Below, piece after piece: positions 49,458-61,410 of a stretch of DNA of 64,000 nucleotides (position 1 is its first letter; each line of letters begins with the position of its first letter). A program made the translations under genes and the position numbers. Below the pieces are notes generated by a model. It had not been told where the DNA came from. It saw only the letters and a list, made by a program, of their open reading frames with translations, and did not search any database. Source of the stretch: Haliotis rubra (taxonomy: Eukaryota); contig NW_025766248.1 in assembly GCF_003918875.1 (NCBI RefSeq), forward strand, positions 1,054,001 through 1,118,000. The letters run 5' to 3'.

Positions 49458-50875
49458 GTCTCAAACCATCTGCTGTGAGTAGGTACTATCTTACCACTGA
49501 ACATAAAAGCATAAGTCTGAGCCAGCTGCGAAGACTCACAGAGATTGAGGCACCTGACTTGGAACATTCAAGGATAGTCAAGGATGAATCTGATGTTTAG
49601 TCCATTGTTAACCTGATCGAAGATGAATGGATCAACCCCCTTGTCACCTGTCCACCTGATCTCATCGGCATATCGACAGGGTCTTGTGCTCCGACAGATG
49701 TTGCTCAAGATCTTCAGTCAACAGCTAGGAGAGGAGGCATACCTTCATATTTCTGAAGAAAGACTTGAGAGCTAGACAAAGCAGGAATTTGGACTTGTGG
49801 AAGGTACAAGCTTTGCCCCTCGGACTATTACCATTTGCACTAGCGATGGGACAATGAAAAAGGCCAACAAAGCAGCATTAGCAAGACATCTTGAAAAATC
49901 TGTCTCATTGCCAGAGGTAATTCCTGGACCCTCAACATGCATCATAGATGGAATGAGTGTAGTACAGAAAACCCATGTTGAGAACAAGACGTTCTGGGAA
50001 CTGTCACTGTTAGTCATTTATTTCATCCGCCCTACATATAGGAACAGGAAGCTATCCCACAGATGGAAGAAAGTTGCTGTGGCGTTTGGTCAAAATGTTT
50101 GCAAGGTCCTTCCTGGACTACACGCATACACTGTATGTGATACTGTCAGTTCTTTTGGAGGCAGTGGGAAGGTCAATCAATTCAAACTTCTTGTCAACAG
50201 CAAGGAATTTCAAGAGGTTTTCCAACAACTTTGGAATGAGTGGACTGTGCCACCAGGTTTGATAAACTCACTTCAAGCATTCACATGCCACCTGTATGCC
50301 TCAGGTTCTTCAATAGGAGATGTCATTCAATTGCTACCACTTATTTGAAGTGAGAAATTAGAAATTTTACCATAAATTGTATATTTATATACTTTTCCTT
50401 TCTCATGACTTGCATCTCTCTCTTGGACACTGAGTGGAACGAATGTAGACTTTTCCCTTAGGCCTCTCTTGTCCATTCGCCCGTGCATATATATATATAT
50501 ATATATATGTATATAAGTATATAAATATACAATTTATGTTCAAATTTTCAAATTTTCAAACTTATCCCATCTCACGACTTGCCCTTATCCCACGGTTGGA
50601 CAGCGGGAGGCAGATTACCCTGTGTCAGAACAGCGCAAACAGCAATGCTGCATAGACTGAAGACAACCGTAGATCTTTGATTGTCTATCTATGCACATCC
50701 TGAGAGCAAACTATCAAGCTGCAATATGGAACAACTGTCTGGAAGCTGAATATCCAACTCCACGGGCAACAGATGGTTATGGATGGGTGGAAGAAAATGG
50801 TCACATAGCGATTTGCTAGATGACAGGGCCTTTTGCTCCAGATGCTGTTCTTGAGTTTATTTCTGTAAACAGTCA
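49458..50875 (+). mobile_element. Academ-type relic, second arm in opposite orientation
   Basis: AVSRYYLT...RIVKDESDV, DGTMKKANKAALA, IIDGMSVVQ, LPGLHAYTVCDTVSSFGGSGK, then after an insertion HILRANYQAAIW. It is inversely homologous to 48300-48770. Confidence 0.7.
50354..50560. mobile_element. Small inverted-repeat element with (TA)n inserted in the Academ arm
   Basis: CATAAATTGTATATTTATATACTT and its reverse complement AAGTATATAAATATACAATTTATG flank a (TA)n tract. Confidence 0.55.
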
Positions 50876-51093
50876 AGTTGTCAATACCTTACCAACGGAC
50901 TGGCTTATGGTGAATATGTTCTCTAGGTGGGGGGGGGGGGACTAGTACAAAAGACTACACATTGCTACATCTGTTTCAAAATCCTCAATCCAAATATGTT
51001 TCTTTCAGAAAATGTAAGACGTCTACACCAGAGAATAGTCGGTCTCGATTATAAGCCAAACAGATTCATTTGAACGTGTCTGGCAAGTTCAGA

Positions 51094-53565
51094 ATGGCAA
51101 ATCTACAACATTCAAGGCTCATATTCACATGTGCTTTCGACATCCTGCTGGCAGCAATGATTTCTGGTCAGAGTTGTTCCCCTTGTAACTGTACCTTCGA
51201 CCACCACCAGGTATACGTGAACTGTTCAAACTTGAATCTTACAAAAGTTCCAAAGGGTTTACCAATATCAACCACAGTGCTTTTTCTGAATGGCAACAAC
51301 ATAAAGACAATAGGATCAAAGGTATTTTCAACAATGAGAAATCTCCAGTATCTATATCTTGAAAGTAACAATCTCAACAGCCTACATGAATTGGCTTTTC
51401 ATGGCCTTAACAACCTCGTCAACCTGAGCCTAAAAGACAACGATCTAAAGCTGGATTCAAAAACCTATAAAACAAATCTGTTCAAACCTCTACATAAGCT
51501 TCAGGTTCTTAACATACAGTTCAATCAGTTGACAGCATGGCCTGGAGATGACAGTGGACATGAAGCATATCCTGACGCAACCTTTCAGTATTTATCAGGA
51601 CTTACTCATCTTTACATCGATGGTCGTCCAGCAGGCTTTGGACCAGGATTTGCCAAACTTATGAAACTTTCTCTTCTCGCCTTCACCCCCTACACCAACT
51701 ATTGTAAACTGACCTTGCAAAACTCAACTTTTGTAAATGTACCCCATGTGGAATACCTGTACATGTCCTACTGTCAAATCAGAGAAACAGAACCTTCAGC
51801 ATTTTCCCCTTTTCATCGTATCCATACAATTGATGTTTCAGAAAATTGGGATTTAGGATTTCCTGAATTTGTTAAAGCAACGTATGGTCTACGTGATTCT
51901 CCATTACAAATTCTGAAAATGAACCATATAACTGAATTATCCCAATCTTGTTATCGACTGCGGGTAAACGATTTTGTACATTTAAAGAATACCTCATTGC
52001 GTGAACTTGACATTTCTGGCAATGGACTCATTGATTTTGAAAAAGGAACCATGTTAAATTTACCCGTTACTCTAGAGGTGTTGAATGCCCGATGGAACAG
52101 GTTTTACCAGGGCCCATACTTGTCTGAAATGACGCAACTGAAGGCACTCCGAGTTCTAGATGTCTCACACCAGAAAATACTACAGCATGCTGGTGCTCAC
52201 TCAAGTCAAGGGAGAGGGTCGTTTCTATACAATTTGCCGCCAAACCTTCAAGTGTTGAAAGTATCATACTGTTGCCTAAGAATTACTTTAATATCGGGTA
52301 AACTGAAGAAAAACGATTTGAGAACCATTTCTCTAAATGGTATTTTGATTTCTTCTGTCACAGGTGTTGTTGATGGTTTTCAAAAGGTTGAACATTTTGA
52401 TTTCTCTGACAACATAATGGAATTGTTCCACTCAAGTTACTTTAATATTAACAATAGCCTGAGACATCTCAACCTTTCAAAAAACTTTCTTGGAAATGCG
52501 ATAGATGCTGACGAAAAGGGTGATGCTTTTAGTTACATTGTGAACTTGACAGATCTGGATATATCTCAAAACAGAATAAGTTACTTACCAGAGGCTATCT
52601 TTAGAAATTTAACAAATATACAATTTCTCAGAATTAATAATAACAGTATTAGAACAATTAATGCTCAACTCAAACACTTGTCACACCTAAAATTATTTGA
52701 TGTACGTCATAACCATCTTCTCGAAATGTCTGTCAAGACTCTACAACAACTGGACAAACTGTCACATGTTTCAGTCCGCCTGAGAGGAAACCCTCTAAAT
52801 TGCATATGCTCATCCCTTGAATCTCTCCGATGGATGAAAAGAGTCGCTGATAAAGTTGAAGATCTGGATTCACTGACGTGTCTTACTAAAAATGGAATGG
52901 TCAACAGCTTTAGAAATCTAGATTCTATAATAACAAGTTTGGAAAAAGAATGCAGTTCAAGTGTTCTAACTTCTGTTCTAACAGTGTCCAGTCTCTTTAT
53001 AACAATGGTCGGTATAGGATTAGGGGCAGGGTATCGACATAGGTGGAAATTGAAATACCTGTACTTTGTCGGGAGAAGAAAGTATCGGGAACTGGAGACT
53101 ACTGACCAAGATGGCCAAGTGTATGAGTATGATGCTTTTGTGTCATATGCAGACACAGACAGATGCTTAGTTATCGAGAGTATGATATCGGAACTGGAAG
53201 ACAAAGGTGGACTTCGATTGTGCATCCACCATCGGGACTTTCTTCCAGGGGAAGTCATTGCTTCCAACATCGTCAACGCGATCCAGAATAGTCGCAAGAC
53301 CTTGATTGTTTTGTCTCCTTCTTTCCTGAAGAGTCACTGGTGTGATTTTGAGTACAACATGGCCCAAATGGAGGGAATTACAAGAAGACAGAACATCGTT
53401 CTGGTGGTGCTGTATCAGCATGTTGACATGAAGCATCTACCCAAGGACATGGCAGTGATGTTGTCCAACAACTGTTACTTGGAGTACAACACGGACGTGT
53501 ATGGTAGTGTTGTATTCTGGGACAGGCTACGTGAATCTATTACCACAGTCAACAGAATGGAATGA
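51094..53565 (+). CDS. Toll-like receptor (single cysteine cluster type), single coding exon, 823 aa
   Basis: Hydrophobic leader; LRR-NT CSPCNC...VNCSNLNLTKVP; many LxxLxLxxN repeats; LRR-CT NPLNCIC...LTC...EC; transmembrane helix VLTVSSLFITMVGIGLGAGY; TIR box1 YDAFVSY, box2 RLCIHHRDFLPG, SHWCDFE and box3 FW. Confidence 0.95.
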   Translation: MANLQHSRLIFTCAFDILLAAMISGQSCSPCNCTFDHHQVYVNCSNLNLTKVPKGLPISTTVLFLNGNNIKTIGSKVFSTMRNLQYLYLESNNLNSLHELAFHGLNNLVNLSLKDNDLKLDSKTYKTNLFKPLHKLQVLNIQFNQLTAWPGDDSGHEAYPDATFQYLSGLTHLYIDGRPAGFGPGFAKLMKLSLLAFTPYTNYCKLTLQNSTFVNVPHVEYLYMSYCQIRETEPSAFSPFHRIHTIDVSENWDLGFPEFVKATYGLRDSPLQILKMNHITELSQSCYRLRVNDFVHLKNTSLRELDISGNGLIDFEKGTMLNLPVTLEVLNARWNRFYQGPYLSEMTQLKALRVLDVSHQKILQHAGAHSSQGRGSFLYNLPPNLQVLKVSYCCLRITLISGKLKKNDLRTISLNGILISSVTGVVDGFQKVEHFDFSDNIMELFHSSYFNINNSLRHLNLSKNFLGNAIDADEKGDAFSYIVNLTDLDISQNRISYLPEAIFRNLTNIQFLRINNNSIRTINAQLKHLSHLKLFDVRHNHLLEMSVKTLQQLDKLSHVSVRLRGNPLNCICSSLESLRWMKRVADKVEDLDSLTCLTKNGMVNSFRNLDSIITSLEKECSSSVLTSVLTVSSLFITMVGIGLGAGYRHRWKLKYLYFVGRRKYRELETTDQDGQVYEYDAFVSYADTDRCLVIESMISELEDKGGLRLCIHHRDFLPGEVIASNIVNAIQNSRKTLIVLSPSFLKSHWCDFEYNMAQMEGITRRQNIVLVVLYQHVDMKHLPKDMAVMLSNNCYLEYNTDVYGSVVFWDRLRESITTVNRME

Positions 53566-54953
53566 CACACCATTGAGGATACAACTCTTTAATTGTATAT
53601 AGATGTAAGCATTACCGTATATCCTATTCCATGGTAACAGATGCAGCATGTGTCCCAGGGTAGTATTTATAGTCTTAGACACACCTGTGTTGCCATACTT
53701 CACTCTCTGAATAGTGACACAAAAATGTCAAGAGCACTGTGTTATAATTTTCAGCTTATGACCAAAATATAAAAAAATGATATTGTAACCACTGGTCGTA
53801 AAATCATTGGTTCCAAAGACTTAGTAATCCGTACTTTACGAGCAGCAAATTAGTAAAAAGGTAAAGAAAGACTCAAACCACAGTTCCCATTTCTGCTCCT
53901 AATTTTTAAGCTATGCCTGTTTGGAACAAACATTCATTCATCCCAGTCCATCAGAGCTTTTAACAGTAGCTAATACATTTTGGTAACATGTCTGTCTCAG
54001 CCTATAATTATTGTTTCCTTGTTGACAACGATACTTGTTACCTTTTTAGTGCTGTTGTTTTACTGCATACTTAATCTTATCTTGCCAATCCTTTATCCCA
54101 GCTATTATCAGAAGTCTTACTATTAATTTAGTTTGTTGGACTTTTGTGTTTTACTCTATTACTAATACATATTCCTTTGACAATAGTGTCTATTACGCTT
54201 TTGTGCTATAATTCATACTGTATTCTCACCATGATCTACTGAGGTTTTCACTGCAAGATTATAAATGTGACTTATTTTTGTGACCACGATTTCTATTGCA
54301 GTGTTAGTGCTGCACCTTACATTCTTAACTTCTCTCATAAATGTCGTGTATTGTATGATTATGTATTTGTAAGCATTATTTTATGTGTTCATTCACGGTG
54401 TAGCCATAATTTCCCTTTGGAAAATAAAATATTATCTCATCTGATATTAACTTACCTTACCTTTCCTTCACGTTTAAGTCAATTCAAAGTTGATTAATCT
54501 TTGATGAGCCTTTTTACAAAACATTTATTCACCCCTCTTGAGTTATAATTTTTAGTTTATGACAAAAATATAATAAAATATTCACTGAAATATTATCTCA
54601 TCTGATATTACCTTATCTTATCGCATCTTATATGACCATCTTCCCCAACCAGATACGACTTTGTACCACTTCGAGTTCTTCTGTATAGAATATTAACTTG
54701 GCTTCATATTCCTAAGAACTGACCATTAGGGAGTAATGAATGAACATGGAAATAAAGTATTTCCTAGCAGGAACCAAAGCATTTTTCACACAAAACATTT
54801 TGTCAAGATGTCCACAAAACCATCAGCAATCAAATAGCATATTCTCTTTAAAAGCGAGTGAAACAAAAAGGAAAGAAAAGAAAAGCGTTTTGAAGTGGAT
54901 CGTGTCTTTAGTGTGTAAGTGCATTACCCAGGTTGTAGTTTCTGTAAGCCGTT

Positions 54954-55110
54954 GGGCGGTGGGGTAGCCTAATGGTTAAAGCGTTGGCTCGTCACGCCGA
55001 AGACCCGGGTTCGAATCCCCACATGGGTACAATGTGTGAAGCCCATTTCTGGTGTCCCCCGCCGTGATGTTGCTGGAATATTGCTAAAAGTGGCTTAAAA
55101 CCAAACTCAG
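54954..55110 (+). mobile_element. tRNA-derived SINE family A, near-consensus
   Basis: Full-length; AGCCGTT occurs on both flanks. Confidence 0.85.
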
Positions 55111-55921
55111 TCTGTCAGTCTGTTAGCCGTTATCTTAACTGGAGACCAGGCAGTTCCCTTATTGCAAAAATCATATTCGGATTCCGTACACGTATACTAT
55201 TACGGTAGTTTAGCATGGTGACATCCTGGTATAGAAAATGCAAGCTGAATTCAGAAACCTTGTTTTAACCCTTTCGATGCTTACTTGGAACCTTACTTGC
55301 ACGGGGATTCGTTAAACTAACACTAACATTCACCATCTTCTTCCAAGTTTGACACCACAGAAGACATGTTTCGTTACTGGAGTGTGTATTTATTTATTTA
55401 TTTATTTATTCATTTATTAATTTTTTATCTATTTATTTATTCATTACTGAGAAAACTGTATCAAAAACTGTGTCGAATTCGAAGTATTTTCGCAGGGCTT
55501 TTCAACAACCTATTTCATAGCAGGAAAACGTAACAGGTACAAGTCGGAGATATTCACGATTCGTTGTTATATGGACAGAAAAATGCCGACTGCTACCTTA
55601 AACCCCTATCTTCCCCCTGCCCCCCTAATAAACAAGCACACTTCTTACCAGAAATATTTTCTCCACGTAATGGTGGTAAATACGATTCTCTCACCCATGA
55701 TCATATCTAATTTTATTATCTATCCAAACTGAAAAGTGCCGTGATACAATACAGTTCAACTGAATTCACTTACTGTTGAAACCAGATAATATCGATCTCC
55801 ATCATGCTAAGTTCCCGTCAACCAATATCGATCTCTATCATGCAAAGTTCGCGTCAACCAAATAGGCAACGCCTGGTAAATTTGCATAATACCCAGGAAA
55901 TGCGTCTGTGGTAAATTTGAA

Positions 55922-56162
55922 GAGTGAGTGAGTGAGGTTAGTATTACGCCGCACTCAGCTATATTTCAACAATATGGCGGCTATCTGTAAATAATTGTGT
56001 CTGGACCAGACAATCCAGTGATCAACAGCATGAGCATCGATCATTGTACGCAACTGGGACACGATGACATGTGGCAACCAAGTCAGCGACCATGATCACT
56101 CGATCCCGTTTGTCGCCTCTTACGGCAAACATGGGTTACTGAAGATCAATTCTTCACGGGTC
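55922..56162 (-). mobile_element. Short retroelement family B
   Basis: Reverse-strand match with a small deletion in the head. Confidence 0.75.
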
Positions 56163-57242
56163 TGATTACGATAAACTTGGTTACCGAGATAGAAGATCAT
56201 TTTATAGAGCCCAAAGCAAACTTTACACTCTAAATGAAGGATAGATGGGTTCTTGAGACAATCACGCTAAACCTTCTAAAACGTTCCGCTTTCATTTATA
56301 CCATCTCGATTTTGGAATTTCGTTTCGTACACAGTTCTAAAATGGACAATTATATGCCCCTTTGCGATCTATCATTCTCCCTTTTTGGTGTAAATTCCAT
56401 GCCATTCTCAAACAGTAATATGTTATCATATCCATGGCAGGTACGTGAATGTTGTCATAATTATAATCCAATATGCTTGTCTGAATGCATTGCAAACTCG
56501 TACCAGAGGTTTGGAAGCCTCGACGATGATTGGCAAAAGAGAAAGATCAGATGACCCAGTCTCTTACAGCTTGTTCAGTTTGACCTAAGCTACTCTACAT
56601 ATGCATGACCCGGTAGGTCAAATGGCAAAAACGGCAGGTCGAGTTAACTTCATTAAATAGGTGAGCAGAGAATGTAATTAATGCTGCGTTCGTGCGAAGC
56701 ATGCATAAATGGATTCGTTACAGAACTTGTCCCGGAAAACAACACTTCTGAAAAAATAATCATTTCATGTTTTTCTTGAATTGTTTATGCAGTCATATGC
56801 TATGCTATCTAGCTTGGTTTACTAACTTTACAACGTACAGACGTCAGTTACTTTCACAATCCGTTTCGCTCTCGCTATCACCTGTAGCTTATATTTGTTA
56901 AAGAAAGTAAGGACATTGCTGACGATTTCTCGTCACTGAGATGTCAAACGGCGACCTTGTCTCGGCTGTTCGGACATGTTGACAATCAACTGACAAAGGT
57001 GCACCCTTCAAAATAATGGACCCAACCAGTTGTGACACGGTCACGCAATTCATTAGTATTCACTTGATCAGGTCAAGCTGAACAAGCTGTAGAGGTGTCT
57101 TCAGATCTTGACGAAGAATGGTATCGTAACGCTCTACAAAAATAAATTTTAATGAGACCGTACACAGAATATGATAATATTTCAAAGATTATTTCTACCT
57201 TATTCCGTCTGCACAGGACAAAACTACACACTGCTTGCAGAA

Positions 57243-58098
57243 AGTGTGTGTGTGTGTTGTTTTACGCCGCGTGTAGTAACATTCCAGCAAGACCATAGCG
57301 GGGGACGCTAGGAATTGATCTCATTGTACATCATAGGAAAACTGAACCCGGACCTTTCTCTTGACGAGCGAACACACTTCTTGGAGTGCGAGTGTATGAA
57401 CAGCATTCATCGTGGCTGCTTTCTCTTGACGAGCGAACACACTTCTTGGAGTGCGAGTGTATGAACAGCATTCATCGTGGCTGCTTGAGCCTGTGTCAGT
57501 CAAGGAAGCAGCTTGTGGCCTTGTGTGAGTGATTGAGATGGGTTTTACACCGCTTGTAGCAATATTCGAGCAATATTACGACGGGAGACACCAGAAATGA
57601 GCTTCACACATTGTATCTATGTGGAGAATAGAACTCCGGACCTTCCTCGTGACGAGCGAACACACTTCTTGGAGTGCGAGTGTATGAACAGCATTCATCG
57701 TGGCTGCTTGAGCCTGTGTCAGTCAAGGAAGCAGCTTGTGGCCTTGTGTGAGTGATTGAGATGGGTTTTACACCGCTTGTAGCAATATTCGAGCAATATT
57801 ACGGCGGGAGACACCAGAAATGAGCTTCACATTGTATCTATGTGGAGAATAGAACCCGGGTCTTTGGTGTAACGAGCGAACCATTAGACTACCCCAACGC
57901 CCCTATTCTGAAAAAAAGATTATAAATGCATGGGTGAATGAGTATGGTTTTACGCCGCTTTTAGCAATATTCCGGCAATATCACGGCGGGAGACACCAGA
58001 AATGAGCTTCACACATTGTATCCACGTGGAGAATAATACCCGGGTCTTCATGGTGACGAGAGTGAACGCTTTAAACCACTAGGCTACCCCACCGCTCC
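57243..58098 (-). repeat. Tandem cluster of SINE A copies with duplicated spacer
   Basis: A ~225-bp unit (GACGAGCGAACACACTTCTTGGAGTGCG...SINE body) is duplicated at about 57428-57650 and 57651-57870, with a 65-bp partial copy and an intact SINE at 57931-58098. Confidence 0.75.
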
Positions 58099-58278
58099 GG
58101 ATTATAAATCATATAACAATATAATAGTAATATAACAAGAAAATCTTCCCAGGTTTCTGATTTAAACATCATAGTAAAACGCATGACAGTTATTCGCGTA
58201 AATACTATAAAACTGTATTACACCCAGCCAAGTAACTCATTTACACTGTAAAGGTAACGTGAAGAATCAGTCGATAAT

Positions 58279-58515
58279 ACCCGTGAAAATCACCGTTAGA
58301 ATTGGTCTTAAGCAGCCCATGCTTCTCGACTGGCTGGATCGGTGGTCAGGCTTGCTGATTGGATTGGCACACGTCATCGTGTCCAAATTGCGTAGATCGG
58401 TGTTCATGATGTTGATCACAGGAGTGTCTGGTCAGACTCGATTATTTACATACCGCCGCCATATAGCTGGAATATTGCTGAGTGTGGCGTTAAGCAACAT
58501 ACAAACAAACAAACA
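58279..58515 (+). mobile_element. Short retroelement family B, degenerate
   Basis: Match to family B with an (AAAC)n tail. Confidence 0.7.
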
Positions 58516-58737
58516 AATCAGTCAATAAAAAAATACACACGTTGTGTCATATAGTTCATTTTTTCTGACATCACAACATCGTCACCAACGTATGTCCAGT
58601 GTGCTTACTTGTGCTATCTGTCATAGTTATCATGTAACCTCGTTCGTAGTGTCACGTGACTTAGAGATATGCTCACTTCAGACAAGAAAGGTGAGTGACG
58701 ACGTACAGAGAAATCCATTCACAAGAACCTGTTCAAG

Positions 58738-58808
58738 ATGGCCGACGCCAAGCGAGTTGTAGCCATAGCGATGGACGGGAGCGGAGAACTCGGACTATGC
58801 CTTTCAAT
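58738..58808 (+). CDS. Second universal stress protein paralog, exon 1 only (apparent 1-bp frameshift; pseudogene or sequence error)
   Basis: MADAKRVVAIAMDGS; removing one G at 58783-58784 gives ENSDYAFQ-T|GTAAGT, the same phase-1 intron position as exon 1 of the USP at 33944. No downstream exons were found in the window. Confidence 0.7.
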
Positions 58809-59342
58809 GTAAGTGTGAGTTGAATCCTAAACAGGAAGTACTGTTTGTAGGAGGGTGGGATTACGTTCTACTCCTCGAGTATCACACGTGTCACGAGCAT
58901 GTGTGATATGTGTAGACTAATGTGAACACTAGTGGGGCAGATAGCGTCTCTTTTTTCTTCTTCTCTTATCAGCCCCCTCCTCATACAGAATGCATTATAT
59001 AGTGAGATGTTTTTCATTACGCTATTCTATTCTTGTCAAAATGAAAACTTACTTTCTGAATATTCATTATATGAATTCTGCAGTGTGATAATTACTCCAT
59101 GCAAGTAGACTATTTGCATTCTGTGGATGAGCTACCTGTCCATTTTCTGTTTACAATGAAATAATTAATATATTTACAGTAATATTTCCACATACATTTA
59201 TACATAGGTAATATATTCATTGCTTCTCCGCGGGGGTATATGGACAATATTCACAAAGCAAAGACCACGTCATCTTTGTCCACTGTCCAGAATATCGGGC
59301 TGTTGTCCACTCAAGTAAGATATGAACGCCATAAACATTAAA

Positions 59343-59806
59343 CTACGTTAAAACGAGACACGCTTATAACGAACTGGCGGGTATAACGAACTGACGGATA
59401 TAACGGATATAACGAACTGACGGATATAACGTACTGACGGATATAACGAACTGACGGATATAACGAACTGACGGATATAACGTACTGACGGATATAACGA
59501 ACTGACGGATATAACAGACTGACGGATATAACGAACTGCTTTTTGTTCCGGCCACATTATATTTTAGATAGGGGCGATAATTTAGCCTAGTGGTTAAAGC
59601 TTTGCTTATCACCGAAGACCAGGTTCGATTTCCCACATTGGTACAATGTGTGAAGTCCATTTCTGGTGTCCCCGCCTTGATTTTGCTGGAATATCGCTAA
59701 AAGCGGCGTAAAACCATACCCACTCACTTATATTTTAGTGGAAATGCGTATAATGAACGACTATGAATGTTTCCAGTCGAGTTCGTTATATCAGAAGGTT
59801 ACTGTA
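59343..59806. mobile_element. Tc1/pogo-like MITE with internal 17-bp array, interrupted by SINE A
   Basis: About 10 copies of TATAACGAACTGACGGA; inverted end AGTTCGTTATA...TTACTGTA; SINE at 59570-59727 with 11-bp TSD TTATATTTTAG (59557-59567 and 59728-59738). Confidence 0.6.
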
Positions 59807-61074
59807 CAAAGTACTTATGATGTTAATCTATTCTGTTGTGTCGGGCTGCCTGGTCCAAAGTAGGGAACACTTTGTGTTTGGTAATTTGACTGTACGTGCA
59901 TAAAGTCCAGTAAGAGAGTGAGTCTTTAGAATCGATTACACATTAAAGGTGAAAATGAATGGATATCAACTTTATTATAGGGAACGCGACGTTTCCGGGT
60001 ATATTCTTACTTCTTCATCTGTTAGAGGCATGATATTGTTTTTAGTCAACTGTCAACTGCGTTCGAGTTATATGTTTGTTTCAGTTGAATAAAGTTCTGT
60101 ATTGACATTCAGGTCAATCTAATTTAATATGATTTTTTGATGATACCTCTCTGCATCTATATTCGAGGTCACCTCGATGGAGGTCAATAAGAGTCAGCAG
60201 TGAGGGGCTGTTACATTATTCGATAAGACTGCGCGAAGCGTTCGTAGCAGTATATGTGATTTTGGATCTCGAAAACAGAGCTTAAACAACTTTTCCCGAA
60301 TGCACATAATTGAGGCCGAGGGATCATATTGTTTTGGAAATTATATACAACCTGTCCGATCTACATCCAACATGGGATACAGTCGAATACATATTCTTGT
60401 ATATCCGTAGATTTGTTTTAATTAAGATTAAAATTCATGATAATTCTACGCTCTTTCGGCCTACAAATAAAGGAGGATGGGAAAGAATACATAGAAGTAT
60501 ATATATCATCGTTGTCATGTCGGAATGAAATATGGAACAGGAAGTAGTAGAGTCTTATGTCTCTTTGTGGAGCTGTGCTCGCCCACTGAAATAACACACC
60601 GTTGTTGAATATGGATACTCCACTCCAGACACATTATGTGGACTCAGTCCCAGCCAACGAGGTTTTGTTTGTACCAATAATACCGACGAAAGGTTGAGGG
60701 GTAACAACAAGCAGCATATCTTAACATCTCTTGGTATGGACTGGTATTGGTATCGAACACAGACCTTCCGCTCTCCAATCAGACGTTCCATCCACTCGAC
60801 CACGAGAGACTGTGTCAAAATGTTTTCAACTCGTCATATTCAACATTAAGTATTTAAGATGCATCTTCAAGTTTCCTAAAATGCAAATGGCGACATGTTG
60901 CAATACCAATTACAGGCAACACAGGGCCCTACTTATTTCGAGGGTCAAATCAACAGGTTGATGACAGGAGACATTTCTTGATTGTTACCGATGTTATCAG
61001 TTCTCGGCAAGCTCGAAGTTACAACAGCCGACCTCACAATGCACATAGCAGCGTGTTTGTATGACCAGACTCTC

Positions 61075-61410
61075 ATGTATTTTTTATACCGTCATCGTTA
61101 CATCAAGAGGTCAAGGTCAGCGTAATATCACAATATTTTTTTATACACCGCCATCGTTACATCAGAGGTCAAGCTCAGCGTAATATCTACGTATATTTAT
61201 ACACCGTCATCGTTACATCAGAGGTCAAGACAACGTAATATAACAATGTATTTTATACACCGTCATCGTTACATCGGGAGGTCAAAGACAACGTAATATA
61301 ACAATGTATTTTTACACCGTCATCGTTACATCCGAGGTAAAGGACAACGTAATACCATAATGTATTTATACACCAACTTTACATCAGATGACAAAGGACA
61401 ACGTTATTAA
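61075..61410. repeat. ~58-bp minisatellite, about 6 copies
   Basis: Unit TTTATACACCGTCATCGTTACATCAGAGGTCAAGGACAACGTAATATAACAATGTAT. Confidence 0.85.

Noticed and set aside
59370-61410. CRISPR-like arrays (17-bp and 58-bp repeats)
   Set aside because: Units are directly adjacent with no unique spacers, there are no cas genes, and the context is eukaryotic.
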